64,000 nucleotides of DNA, taken from contig JBEUKZ010000060.1 of NCBI GenBank assembly GCA_048128005.1, forward strand, positions 310,001-374,000, given 5' to 3'. Every line of letters begins with the position of its first letter. Positions within the stretch are counted from its first letter, which is position 1. This document shows, in pieces, positions 1 to 12,285 of this stretch. Both the position numbers and the translations under genes were made by a program. The notes under the pieces are model-generated. The model made no database searches and was not told where the DNA came from. It was given only the letters and a program-made list of their open reading frames with translations. The DNA is from Veleropilina oligotropha (lineage: Eukaryota).

Positions 1-241
1 ACCACCCTGTTGAAACCTGCTGCCCTAGCTGCTGAGGTTGCTTCTGGCGTGCGTAAAGAGATTACTTTGTGACGCTTCAAAAATCCGTAAACAAAATCCT
101 CTCCTGCCATCTCCAGTTCCAATATGTTTCGGCTGCTTCTGAAAGCGTCATTGACTTGTCACGCACTTTAGCCACTGCATCTTTCATAACTTCTTTGGAC
201 CATTTCTGCTGTTCAGTTTTCCGTTTGTAGTTGCGAACCAT
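1..241 (-). pseudogene. pogo/Tigger-type (HTH_psq + CENP-B HTH) transposase remnant, internally deleted and frameshifted; runs off the window start
   Basis: Minus strand from ATG at 241 reads [40 protein letters not shown] (psq-like). After a frameshift it reads [34 protein letters not shown], typical of pogo-family transposases. Subterminal GGGGCAAAGTGG motifs at about 339-390. Confidence 0.75.
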
Positions 242-885
242 TTCGGCTTAAATGTGTGGAAACAATATATAGACAGATTCAAACCAAAGCAGAACAAATT
301 ATAATTTTGGCAGATTTTTTCTAAACGGATCGATCGCGTGGGGCAAAGTGGAATTGAATCCACTTTGTCCCATCCACTTTGCCCCGACCATGTGATACTT
401 TTGTACATATGTGTGTGTCTTCAGCATTAGGCTACTACCGACTACCGTTTTTAATAGATACGCATACCGATTCGAGATTTTAATAACGAGCACGCAGTGC
501 CAGCGGCCATATTTGCCTGTACAGTAGCCCTATACGGAAAAGACAAAAAGATTATTTGCCATGATCGAATACGCGACCTGACGTTTCGGTAAAGTCTGCA
601 AAGCCGAAGCGCGTTGTGGCTATATATATGTCACATGTCACGCCATATTCAACCAAATAAATTATCAGGAGGTTTGCTGGTCAATCTTTGCCATGGTCGA
701 TTTCGAGGATACTGCAAAGATTATTATAGAAAATTTTACCGTTTTTAATAATTTCTATAATCTCCAAACATGAAATTCTTAAGCATAAAAAACTGTGAAT
801 TTGTGTCCCAGAATGCAGGAGAACGCTTCTCAGAGCGTCCCAATAAAAAAAATCTTGGGGAGCGGCATGCCCCCAAACCCCCATA

Positions 886-3352
886 GATGACACAGATGAC
901 CACCAAAAATATAAAGAATGTGAAAAAACGTGTAAAAAAGAAATCCGAGCAGCCAAGAAATGTTTTGAAGAAAATCTAGCAAAAAACATCAAAGAAAATC
1001 CAAAATCATTTTATGCTTATATTAGGTCAAAACAAAAAACAAAAGATGTCGTAGGTCCCCTGAAAGATGAAAAGGGAAATTCTATATCAAATGATTCACA
1101 AATCGCAGAATCCTTAAACAAATATTTTGCATCTGTCTATACGTTGGAGGATACGGTAAACATGCCATCAGAAAAACATATCTTTCGAGAAAAGGAAAAC
1201 TTTTGTGAAAGTATTGAGATTACGACTGAAATGGTTGAAAAAAAGATAAACTTACTAAATGTCAGTAAAGCTCCAGGTCCGGACAATATATATCCCAAAT
1301 TGCTGAAAGCCGGTAAGGAAGAATTAGTAAAGCCATTAACCATGATATTCAATAAATCATTAAAAGAAGGAAGTTTGCCTGATGACTGGAAAATTGGTAA
1401 TATTACCCCAATCTTTAAGAAGGGAAGTAGGTCAAACACCCAAAATTATCGACCTATTAGTCTGACATCAATAGTAGGCAAGATCATGGAATCTATCTTA
1501 AAGGATGCTATCTTACAACACATTAATAAATTTGACTTGCTAAACCTTAGTCAGCATGGGTTTATGGCGAAACGGTCTTGTTTAACCAACTTACTGGAAT
1601 TTTTTGAAGATGTAACAGCCGCCATAGATACGGGCAAACCAGTTGATATAATATATCTTGATTTTCAAAAGGCATTCGACAAAGTACCACATAAACGGCT
1701 GATACAAAAATTAAGTAACCATGGTCTGAAAGGTCCAATATTAAACTGGATAAGGATGTGGCTAGAAAATAGAAAACAGAGGGTTGTAATAAATGGGATC
1801 AAGTCAAAGTGGGAGCCGGTACTAAGTGGAGTCCCACAAGGTTCTGTTTTGGGCCCATTGCTGTTTCTTATATATTTAAATGACATTGATGATGTCATTA
1901 CGTCTCTTGTAAAAAAGTTTGCAGACGATACCAAATTGTACAGAATTGTTGAAACTGAAGAAGATGCAAAAACACTTCAAAGTGATTTAAACAATCTGGT
2001 AAAATGGTCAGAGGATTGGCAAATGCTTTTTAACACCAGTAAATGTAAGGTATTGCATGCGGGTTATAACAACAAAAGTTTCAATTATAAAATGGGTTCA
2101 GATACCTTAGAAGTAGTAACAAAAGAGAAAGATTTGGGTGTATGGGTAGACAATACGTTTAAACCATCAAATCAATGTGCAGAATCAGCTAAAAAGGGAA
2201 ATCAAATATTGGGAATGATAAAGAGAAACTTTAATTTTAAATCCAGAGTCATCATAACACCTTTATACAAGCAAATGGTTAGACCGCATTTAGAATATGC
2301 AGTGCAAGCATGGAGTATGGTGGCTGATTTATGCCATGTCGTCTTGTCGTCTTGGCGGGGCGCCAAGACGACAAGACGACAGGACGACAAGACGACAAGA
2401 CGAAAAGACGACAAGACGACAAGACGAAAAGACGACAAGACGAAAAGACGACAAGACGACAAGACGAAAAGACGACAAGACGACAGGACGACAAGACGAC
2501 ATTTTAACGCGAAAAGACGACATTCTAGGGCGAAAAGACGACAATTATAGCCTGTCGTCTTGTCGTCTTTTCGTCTTGTCGTCTTGTCGTCTTTTCGTCT
2601 TGTCGTCTTTTCGTCTTGTCGTCTTGTCGTCCTGTCGTCTTGTCGTCTTTTCGTCTTGTCGTCTTGTCGTCTTGTCGTCTTGTCGTCTTTTCGTCTTTTC
2701 GTCTTGTCGTCTTTTCGTCTTGTCGTCTTTTCGTCTTGTCGTCTTGTCGTCCTGTCGTTTTGGCGCGGTATTTTGTCGTCTTGTCGTCTTTTCGTCCTGT
2801 CGTCTTGGCGCCCCGCCAAGACGACAAGACGACATGGCATAAATCAGCCACCATAATGGAGCCCATATCTTGCAAAGGATATCAAAATTCTTGAACAAGT
2901 TCAAAGAAGAGCCACAAAATTGATAGGCGAATTGAGAGAATTACCTTATGAGGATAGACTAAGAGCACTTAACCTCACAACATTGTCTTTGAGAAGGACA
3001 CGGGGGGATATGATTCAGGTATTTAAAATGTTTACAGGAATTGACAATGTTGACAGTACTTTCTTTTTTCAGATGAACCAAAGACCGACCAGGGGCCATA
3101 AATACAAAGTTTACAAAAAAAGATTCCGACTCGACGTTAGGAAACACTTTTTCTCAAATCGTGTTGTCGATGAATGGAACAGTCTTCCTAGTAATGTAGT
3201 AGAATCAACATCTGTAAACCAATTTAAAAACCGCATAGATGATTATTTTAAGAAACAGGGCAGGCTATAGATGACCAGAAACGACAATGGGTTTTAATAT
3301 GAGTGGCAGTAATGCACTTCCTAAACCCAAACAAATTCTATTTTTTATTTAA
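886..3352 (+). mobile_element. 5'-truncated CR1-clade LINE (ORF2 reverse transcriptase), interrupted by an insertion at 2316-2855
   Basis: Frame open from 886 (DDTDDHQKY...KENPKSFYAYI). Motifs KAPGPD, NYRPISLTS, YLDFQKAFDKVPH, GVPQGSVLGP, KFADD, RPHLEYAVQAWS|PYLAKDI, RGHKYKV, FFSNRVVDEWNSLP. Stop at 3270, short 3'UTR ending in ATTCTATTTTTTATTT. Confidence 0.93.
2316..2855. mobile_element. Non-autonomous IS3EU-type foldback element made of 8-bp GACGACAA/GACGAAAA repeats
   Basis: 58-bp perfect TIRs starting TATGG and a 6-bp TSD ATGGAG (2310-2315 and 2856-2861). Removing it restores CR1 AWS-PY. TAY..RTA termini with a 6-bp TSD are the IS3EU signature. Confidence 0.85.
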
Positions 3353-4277
3353 AGATATTCGCGACCTAAGGTCGCTCAATGTTCGCGGCCTTCGGCCGCT
3401 CAATTGAGTAGCGGCCCCAATGTCAGCTGGCTTTTGACGTGCCTGATACGCTAATAGCATATAAGTACGAGTCCACACAAACAGTAATCCATTCAAACTG
3501 CGTTATATTCAATGTGTTTATTTTACATGCATTAGGTAAAATATGCATGGGAATATTTACCATATCCGCTTATTGCAGACACAGGTACCGGTATATTATT
3601 ATTATAATATGCATGACATCTTTTTATACACATCAAATGAAAAATATTCATTATAGATATCATGAATTCACATCGTAAATTATGAGATGTACATGTACAT
3701 GTTTTTGTTCTGGTGCAAGATTTACTAATCAGGGCGTAAGTTATCTTGAATGTTGCAAAGAATAGTTACGTCCATGGTACGAGTTACCCTAAAAGCGCGC
3801 ACGATTTTATCTGGCACGAGTTGTCCTCACTCATTGAAAATTAACATCGAGTTGTCGGCTTTACGACACGAGCGTATGAAAATGGATGACATTTGTCAAA
3901 ACATTGAGGCGAAAACACATTTACTTTATTTCCAATATGCTACATAAGAATGAGGTGAGGAAATTGGGTTTTTCGTAATCGTTATTGTTTATATACATGT
4001 AGGTTTTGTCGAAAGGAAATTAATGTTAGACGGGTCTGTCAAAAGTATACGACATTCAATATTCGTAACAACATTACGAATATTGAATGTGAACTTTCAA
4101 TCTAATATGTTGTAGGTGCTACCTAGAAACGAGCACTCAGATATAACATACAGTATATATGAGTCAAAATTAGCTAAGGCGTTATAAAGTGTAACACGAA
4201 GCTCAAAATGTTGCATGTTATTTTGACGGACACATTATGACGACTTCCACACAAACTAGAAAACAAGCCATATACAT

Positions 4278-5730
4278 AGGTTGCAGACACGTGACCAAAA
4301 CCACGTGATCACCGAGTCGTCCGCCATCACGGAAGGCAAACACTCTTAGCAGTCAATCAAATGAATACTGGTCAATACTAAAATATCTGTAGAAATCAAT
4401 AAAATACGTGTGAAGGAGCATTCAGTTAATTTTTTTAATATTCACGAAGTTGTTACGTTTGATATCGCAACCGCAGAAAAACAAATGCGGCGAATAAAGT
4501 AAATATTCATGTAATAAGCTACTATTACTGACTTTAATTAATTAGTTCCTACATTTGATGCATATATCATTTCATAAATTGTCAATAAATTATCGTATGT
4601 ATATTACTAAATTTAGTAAGCCTATTATAGTACGTACTTTTTGTCTTTTTACGGATTAATTGAATGTTTCCCCGCCGCGAAAGCCAAAGTGCGCATGCAT
4701 CGCACGTCGTTCTTTAGTACCCCGCTGCAGTGCTAATTGTTATTTTCAATGGTTATTGTCCTGTTGATAATCCAATTGAGACCACAGGATGTCATTGCCA
4801 AGCTGATAAATAGGTAACATTTTATTTGTGCGGCAGACCCATTGTTTCTTGTAAACACATCTAGGCTACAAACACCATTTGACTGAAATAACCAGCTTGC
4901 GCAATTTGAACGTTCCGCAATAAAATATAGTTCTTGATCTAATGTCTGTCTTTCAAAGTTTATAAAATTAAACAAAAAATTTGCTGTATAGCTACACTTC
5001 CAATGGTAACACATTAAAGCTTTTATTTGTATTTAGTTTTTTTGAAAAAAACTACTAAGCTTAACGTGCCGCACATGTTTGGAAAATTCACAGATGTATC
5101 ACTGCGCGTATGTGTTTGTTCCCTAGCAGTCGCCAAATGCAGACACCCAAGGCATGTACGAAACAAATTATAAGCTCGAATTTTATATTAAATATATAAA
5201 TACCGAAGTACACTCGGAATGCGAAAATAGCTTTCACTTTACAATGGACAACATTTCCGATCAAAGGGACTAACGTAGGCGCATACTTTTACGTTTTAAA
5301 ACAATATGAATCAATGTATCAAACTTTGATGGCGGTCTGATTTTATTTCAATTCGATGGATGTTCAACGCTATTGTTACCGTCGACAGTTGAATAAAGAA
5401 CACAAAAGGTATTTATAAGGCTAATTGTAAGATTATAATGAAATTTTAGCTATGGCTAGGCTTAATTAATAGCCTCAAAATTGGACCAGTTATTTAATTT
5501 AAATGACGAATGCTCTGCTGTTGTTGTATGAACTAAACCAAATCGAACCCAAACGACAATATATATTGAAAGTACCGTCAAAACGCTTCCGTGAATTTCT
5601 ATCTTTATCATTTATTTTCACATAATTGAATCGATTTATACTGTAATCGTATATCCCTCGTGTTATTAATTGCCTTGCGTAATAGCGCCGCGCAAAGAAT
5701 TATGGGACTGTGTGACGTCATCTGCAACCT
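4278..5730. mobile_element. Non-autonomous TIR DNA transposon, copy A (ISL2EU-like if the TSD is AT)
   Basis: TACAT|AGGTTGCAGA ... TCTGCAACCT|ATGTA. Collinear diverged copy at 10325-12285. Confidence 0.7.
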
Positions 5731-6397
5731 ATGTATTAATAATGCAAACAGCAAAAATGATTTATTATAATGATTTAGCATTCATCTTTCAAGCAAAACA
5801 GGATATGTTTTAAAAAGTGGATAAATAAATCTATTGTGAACAATTTAAAAGAGGAATGTTGGAGCATACTTGCTAAACCCTTCGATTTACAGGGTTTCAT
5901 CTTGACTAGAATAACGAGTCCATACAAAGGGTTACAAAAATATATCGTACCGTAACGCCATTCCGTGGTACTTAAGAATCCGTGGTATTTATATATAACG
6001 TCATATCTCGTAAAACGCGAACGCAGCTGTGTCAAATATCGAGTAGTTACGTACAAAAATTAGGGCTTAGTGTAATCGGCGAAGCAAACTTCCATGCGAA
6101 CTTTTAATCAGACTACGAAACGGCAAACGAAACGAACATTTGAAGGGTTGATGAATAGCATATAATTTAAATTATATATTACGACACGTTTGTTATATGT
6201 GCATACATATTTATATATATGCGAGCGACATTGATGCTATAATAGGGTACGTGAACGACAGATTCACTCATGAATCAGGACATCACAGTCGACCTATATA
6301 TGAATACCGGCTACTTCGAACTCCTGCTGATTCGGAACCTCATCGATTATAATATCGGCTTCTTCACATCTAGTACTGATTCGGACACAGGGGCATG

Positions 6398-7446
6398 CAG
6401 GGGGGGGGGGGTTCGTGGGGGTCGGACCCCCCTTGACGGACCAAGTGCCCTTTTTCCTCGGACATTAAAAAAAATTAAAAACCCAAAGTAATAAAATCCG
6501 TGCACCTTTATGTGTAGTTCCCTAACTTAAAGCAGTATTTTCACTTAAAAAGTTGATATATTTGTTATTCAACCTCCAACTTAATATCATCTCCAAGCTA
6601 AACATGTAGGAAATGCGCCTACGATAACGGATTTTTTTTCTTTCTCTGTGTTGGCCGTCCTTTGATTCTGAAAAACAAAATCTAAACGCCGCTATTGTCA
6701 ATTAATCTTAGCACGCAATTACACGAGAGCGAGATGAAAGAATGGCGGCCTTGCTGGAATACCATTTCCGAGGACCAACGGCCAGAAAACCTCATCGACT
6801 GTTTGAGGAAGATAGATCCAGATATATTCCCCAATATATCTGCATTACTGAGAGTTGGATGCACACTTCCAGTCGGCAGTGCCGGAGCTGAACGCTCGTT
6901 CTCGTGTTTCCGGAGAGTCAAGACCTACATCCGCAACAGAATGGGCGAAGAGCGCCTCTCAGGACAGTGTTTGATGAATTTGCATCATGACCTGATAATT
7001 GAAACTGATGCCGTCCTGAAAGAGTTCATTTCAGTCAACAACAGACGGATGTTCAGTCGCAATATTCTTGACGATTGAAATTGAATTGAATTTGTTGTGA
7101 TCAATATCACCTTTCTAGTACATTCATAAAACGTATTCGATCGATGTTCTTTTGGCTTAATTTTGTGGTGCCAGGGCCGTAGCTACCATGAGGACAGGGG
7201 GGGGGGGGGCATGAAATCTGGAAAACGCGGACGTAAAACTAAAGTGATTCACATTAAATAAAACGCTTAGAGTGCAGGAGAGGCCGTTTCGTAGGAATGA
7301 ATCCAAAATTTTCTTGTGCGTTGGGGAACCATGGTTCCCAACGCACAACCGTTGACTTAGGGTTCCGATAATCACATGGGCCCTGGGTGCCCTTTTGGGA
7401 TTGGCCCGACCCCCCCCCCCTTTCGAAATTCCTGGATCTGCCCCAG
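6398..7446 (+). mobile_element. hAT-derived element inserted in the left arm of the foldback element
   Basis: Sequence absent from the right arm. Ends CAGGGG... and ...CCTGGATCTGCCCCAG, flanked by a GCATG partial duplication. Confidence 0.7.
6695..7078 (+). pseudogene. hAT transposase C-terminal dimerisation domain fragment
   Basis: FPNISALLRVGCTLPVGSAGAERSFSCFRRVKTYIRNRMGEERLSGQCLMNLH matches the hAT dimerisation motif. The N-terminal part is absent. Confidence 0.85.
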
Positions 7447-7718
7447 GCATGTAACGCTGTTTATCGTTCGGCTGTTTCCGTTTGACGATTAGCGCAGTTC
7501 ATTGTTACTATATAATATAGACAAGGGAGGTCACTAAGGACGGGACACATACTTTACCATCCAGACATTTCACTGAATTATTTGATTTGTCACAAGATGT
7601 TGGTTCGAATATGTCAAATTCGGGAAGAAGAAGCATATGCGTCCCGTTTATTTAGATGTTGTCTACAAGAGAGACTTAGTAGTTGTTTGCAAGAGGTGTA
7701 AGTTAATTTTTAAATATA

Positions 7719-8204
7719 CTAGCATTGGTACCCGTCTCCGACGGGTAAGTCCCCCCAGCCCAAATTTTTTTTTTTTTTTTTTGGATAGTGCTCCCTTTAT
7801 AATTTTTTTTTTTTTTCTCGATTATATTAAAAATGATAGTAAATTTTTTTTTCTTTCGCGAATTTTCCGAATTTTTTTCGTGGTAAACCTTCCTTGGGGG
7901 ACCCCGATTAACCCCCCAAAGTTTGAAGGTCCTAGGTCAAAGCGTCTGGGAGGAGTTCAACTTGAAACAGACAGACAGACACAATTATAGCTCCATTATA
8001 TTAAGATTATATTAAAAATGATAGTAAATTTTTTTTGTTTCGCGAATTTTCCGAATTTTTTTCGTGGTAAACCTTCCTTGGGGGACCCCGATTAACCCCC
8101 CAAAGTTTGAAGGTCCTAGGTCAAAGCGTCTGGGAGGAGTTCAACTTGAAACAGACAGACAGACAGACAGACCCGCATACAATTATAGCTCCATTATATT
8201 AAGA
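7719..8204 (-). mobile_element. Non-autonomous Helitron with tandemly duplicated 5' segment
   Basis: Minus strand: A|TCTTAATATAAT 5' end, (TCTG)n microsatellite, hairpin ACCCGTCGGAGACGGGT about 7 nt before a CTAG|T 3' end. About 185-200-bp direct duplication (7821-8006 and 8007-8204). Confidence 0.8.
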
Positions 8205-10324
8205 TTGTTTTTTTAACAACCTAGTTCTCGATAGTGTTAATTAACGCCGAGTGTTAAATACGCGTAATTTTCCATTTATTCGTCATGTTATCGACTAGAG
8301 AGCAGCACACGCTGGTCATTGGTCACTATTCGAACCAACATCTTGTGACAAATGAAATAATTCAGTGAAATGTCGGGATGGTAAAGTATGTGTCCCGTCC
8401 TTAGTGACCTCCCTTGTCTATATTATATATAGTAACAATGAACTGCGTTAATCGTCAAACGGAAATAGCCGAACGATAAACAGCGTTACATGCCCCTGTG
8501 TCCGAATCAGTATAAGATGTGAATGAGCCGAGATTATAATCAATGAGGTTCCGAATCAGCAGGAGTTCGAAGTAGCCGGTATTCATATATAGGTCGACTG
8601 ATGTCCTGATTCATGAGTGAATCTGTCGTTCACGTACCCTATTATTGCATTAATGTCGCTCGCATATATATATATAAATATGTATGCACATATAACAAAC
8701 GTGTCGTAATATATAATTTAAATTATATGCTATTCATCAACCCTTCAAATGATCGTTTCGTTTCGTTCGCCGTTTCGTAGTCTGATTAAAAGTTTGCATG
8801 GAAGTTTGCTTCGCCGATTACACTAAGCCAAAATTAGGACAGAAAGGTACTCGCAACTCAATTGCGAGGTAGGCCTAGCCTCCGTGCAGACAAAGTCCAC
8901 TTGTATCAGGCCAGTAAGATTACGACGCAGGGTCCAATTATGATATAGCTCATTCCGTTAATAAAATTTCTAATGGATATATTGAACATTTAAATTTTAT
9001 TTACCAACATTTTGGGTTTAAAAATCTGCTTGAACAATTCTTCTGACGACTTCAAATGTGTCCACTGTTATTGATAAACACGCTCATGCCACTGAAAAAT
9101 GGTTGATTGGCGTTTACCACGGATTCATGTGACGTCACTATTATATCAGCTTCATTCAACCGCCATTACTATAGGCCACATGGATACCCGTGATCATGGA
9201 TATGTCGCTATTTTGTGATTAAATTACGAAGAAGTAAGTGTTTTATCCATTGATGTTTCATTCATAGTTGACTGTTGCTTAACTTTTCGTTTATTTCACT
9301 TTATTCGTTATTGCCACGGAAACCCATGTCGCCATTGTACCATAACATATTCAGTATGCGATACAACGTCTCAAATCAAAGACATAACCTTGCATCAGCT
9401 AAGTTTCCCTGTCTAGAAGAATGTTATTTTGGCGGAAACCTTACGCACGTTAATATTGTTGCACGTTAATTTTTTTGATGGGTACTTCATATCGTGCCTT
9501 ATGTCGTCATTACTGCCGTCTGCAACACAAACTGGTTATTTAATCCTCTCAATGTGACGAAATCTAGTCTTCTGAAAGATTATCTTCATTTTCCGTCCGA
9601 TATTAGCATAAATTGCGCACGTTATTTCCTGACGGAAAATGTAGAATTTTTTTCAAAACTTCAATGATAATAAAAAAACGACACTGAGTAAAATACAAGT
9701 TAGGTAATGAAGAAAACTGGTTTCTACCTCAGTTCATACCTATACTGATTATTGTCTGCCTCTTATATGATTATAAGAATCAGCGCATTGACAGCTTAAA
9801 TTTTGACAGACACGATAACGTGCGCAAGGGCCATTTTAAAAACTGTTTTTAATTATAAAGAAGATGCTAAAAATGCAATTAATTAACGTTAGTAAGAAGC
9901 TTTTTATCAATACTTCGCGTCAAAAGGGGGTACCGTTTTACTGGTTACAGACATGTGTGTCTGTAGGCATTTATGTAAGACGTGTACCAGCATGTTACAA
10001 AATACTATGCCAAAAACGACATTATAAAACATTTTTTCTTTTTTTTAATTGAATGGTCAAGTCTTGTTGACTTATACGTTATACTATTTATATGATCTCT
10101 TGCATTATTACAATAACGCTTGCCATTAAATTTTATTGCATATCTTCAATATATTTTTATTTAGAGTGGCACGATCACACCGTCTACACAAAGAACGCCA
10201 TAGCTAATTGTGACTCATAATTATATATAATTATTAAAACTAGTTACGAAACCACTATATATATTTAATAGAATGCCTTACCTGCTTAGTTCCTTCTTCA
10301 ATATTGTCCAACTAGGACGTACAT

Positions 10325-12285
10325 AGGTTGCAGACACGGCGGTATCCAGTCAAAACGTTCCTTTGTCAAATCGTCCTCGCTTTGAATGAGTCCAAACGTC
10401 CTCTCTTTGAATGAGTCAAAACGTCCTCGCTTTGAGAATCAAAACGTCCTCGCTTTGAGAGTCAAAAAGTCCTCGCTTATAAAAACGTCATCGCTTTGAG
10501 AGGCAAAACGTCCTCGCTTATAAAAACGTCCTCGGGTGCATTGAGTGGTGTTAACTGATATAAATAATGTATTGTAGTAATCAGTGGTCGCGCTTCTTTT
10601 CCCAAAATAAGTTCAATCTGAAATTATAAAATATTGCGAGATATCAACATGTGTCTGTCAAAATATATAATTATAGTAAGGTAGATATGTCATAAATAAT
10701 GACATTATTTATCCAATATATAGTTACAATTATCGTAAGAGGAGGAAGTTTTGACCCAAGGACGTTTTGACTTTAAAATCAAGGACGTTTTGACCAAACC
10801 GAGGACGTTTTGACTCCGAGGACGATTTGACAAAGGGACGTTATGACTGGTATTCCTCTGGGAAAGCTATCTGCGTAGTCGATCAAATGAATACCATACA
10901 ATATGTAACTATCTCTAGATATCAATAACATATGAGTGCGGTTAATTACGTGTGAAAGACCATTCAGTTAATGTTTGAATATTGATGAAATTGAGTTGAA
11001 GATGTCGCAACCGCAAATCGAGAAAACAATTTAAATGGCGGTGAATAAAGAAAGCAAATATATATTTTTAATAAGCTGCTGTGTAGTTGTATATATACAG
11101 GCTTCAGTTAATTGGTCCCTAAGTTTCATGCATATCATTATTTAAATTATCGTATGTAAATCACTAAATGTAGTAGGCGTATTAATTATAGTACCGGACC
11201 GGTACATACTTTTTATCGTTTTACCGATGGATAATTGAATGTTTCTCCGACTTGATAGTCATGCAAAGAGCGCATACATCGCACGTTCATTAGTTAGCTG
11301 CAGTGCTAATTGTTATATTTCAATGGTTATTGTCTTGTTGGTTGATAATCAATTGAGAGCACAGGATGTCATTGGCAAGCTGATAACATTTTATGTGTGG
11401 CAGACTCATTGGTTCTTGTAAACACATCTTCAAAATCATTTGACTGAAAATCCAGCTTGTGCAATTTGAACTTTCTGCAATAAAATATAGTTCTTGCTCT
11501 AACGTCTGACACAGCGAAATAAAACAAACAATTTGTAGTAGGTCTACATTTCCAATAGTAATACGTTTTTTAAGCTTTATTATTTTATTTGCTTTTGCAC
11601 AGAAATCTGTTAAACGTAATGTGTCGCACATGTTTGGAAAATCTACAGCGCTCTGTATCAATGCGCGTATCATTTTGTTCCCTAGCAGTACTCACCATGT
11701 GCACAGGCCAAGGGAATATACAAAATAAATTTCGCATTAAAATACCGTAATACACTCGGAATGCGAAAATTGTTTTCACTTTACAATGGATAACATTTTC
11801 ATGCACATTCAAAGTGACTACCGTTGGCGCCAATACGTGTTATAAAGTCAATGTGAATCGATATATCAAGTTTTGATGGGCGGTCTGTTGCTTATATATT
11901 CGATGGATGTACAGCGCTATTGCCATCGTTGACACTTAAATAACTTGAGAACAAAAGGTATTTATAATTAAAGCAAATTGTAAGACTCAAGTGAAATATA
12001 AGCATAAGCCTAATAGCCTAAAATTGGACCAGTTTAATATTTAATTTAAATGACGAAGGCTCTGCTGTTGTTGGATGAACTAAACCAAATCGAACCCAAA
12101 CGACAATATATATTTAATATATTGAAAGTAACGTCACAACTCTTCTGTGTATTTTCATTTTTATGTTTATTTCCACATAATCTTATCGATTTATACTGTA
12201 ATCTTATGTCCCTCGTGGTATTCCTTTCCCAGAGCAATGGCGTCGCTCTAACAATTATGGGATTGCATGACATCATCTGCAACGT
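10325..12285. mobile_element. Non-autonomous TIR DNA transposon, copy B (same family as 4278-5730)
   Basis: TACAT|AGGTTGCAGAC ... TCTGCAACGT|ATGTA. Shared internal blocks such as GAACTAAACCAAATCGAACCCAAACGACAATATATATT. Confidence 0.7.
10341..10856. mobile_element. MITE with subterminal tandem repeats, nested in copy B
   Basis: GGTATCCAGTCAAAACGT... and ...ACGTTATGACTGGTATTCC termini. Arrays of AAAACGTCCTCG (left) and GAGGACGTTTTGAC (right). Absent from copy A. No clear TSD. Confidence 0.7.

Larger units (their letters stand above)
6064..8829. mobile_element. Long-TIR foldback DNA transposon (MuDR/Merlin-like, non-autonomous) with nested insertions
   Basis: GGCTTAGTG...CACTAAGCC termini and an 8-bp TSD AAAATTAG (6056-6063 and 8830-8837). 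About 500-bp inverted arms (6064-6397 plus 7447-7611 versus about 8327-8829). Confidence 0.85.

Noticed and set aside
2202..2904. Many overlapping R/D/K/T-rich and S/C/R/L/V-rich ORFs
   Set aside because: Translations of the stop-free 8-bp repeat of the foldback element, not genes.
665..3444. MITE hosting the CR1 insertion
   Set aside because: Flanks look repeat-like, but I could not find matching TIRs or a TSD.
4733..5160. THAP-domain ORF in the TACAT-flanked element
   Set aside because: No convincing C2CH pattern, and frames are not conserved between the two copies.
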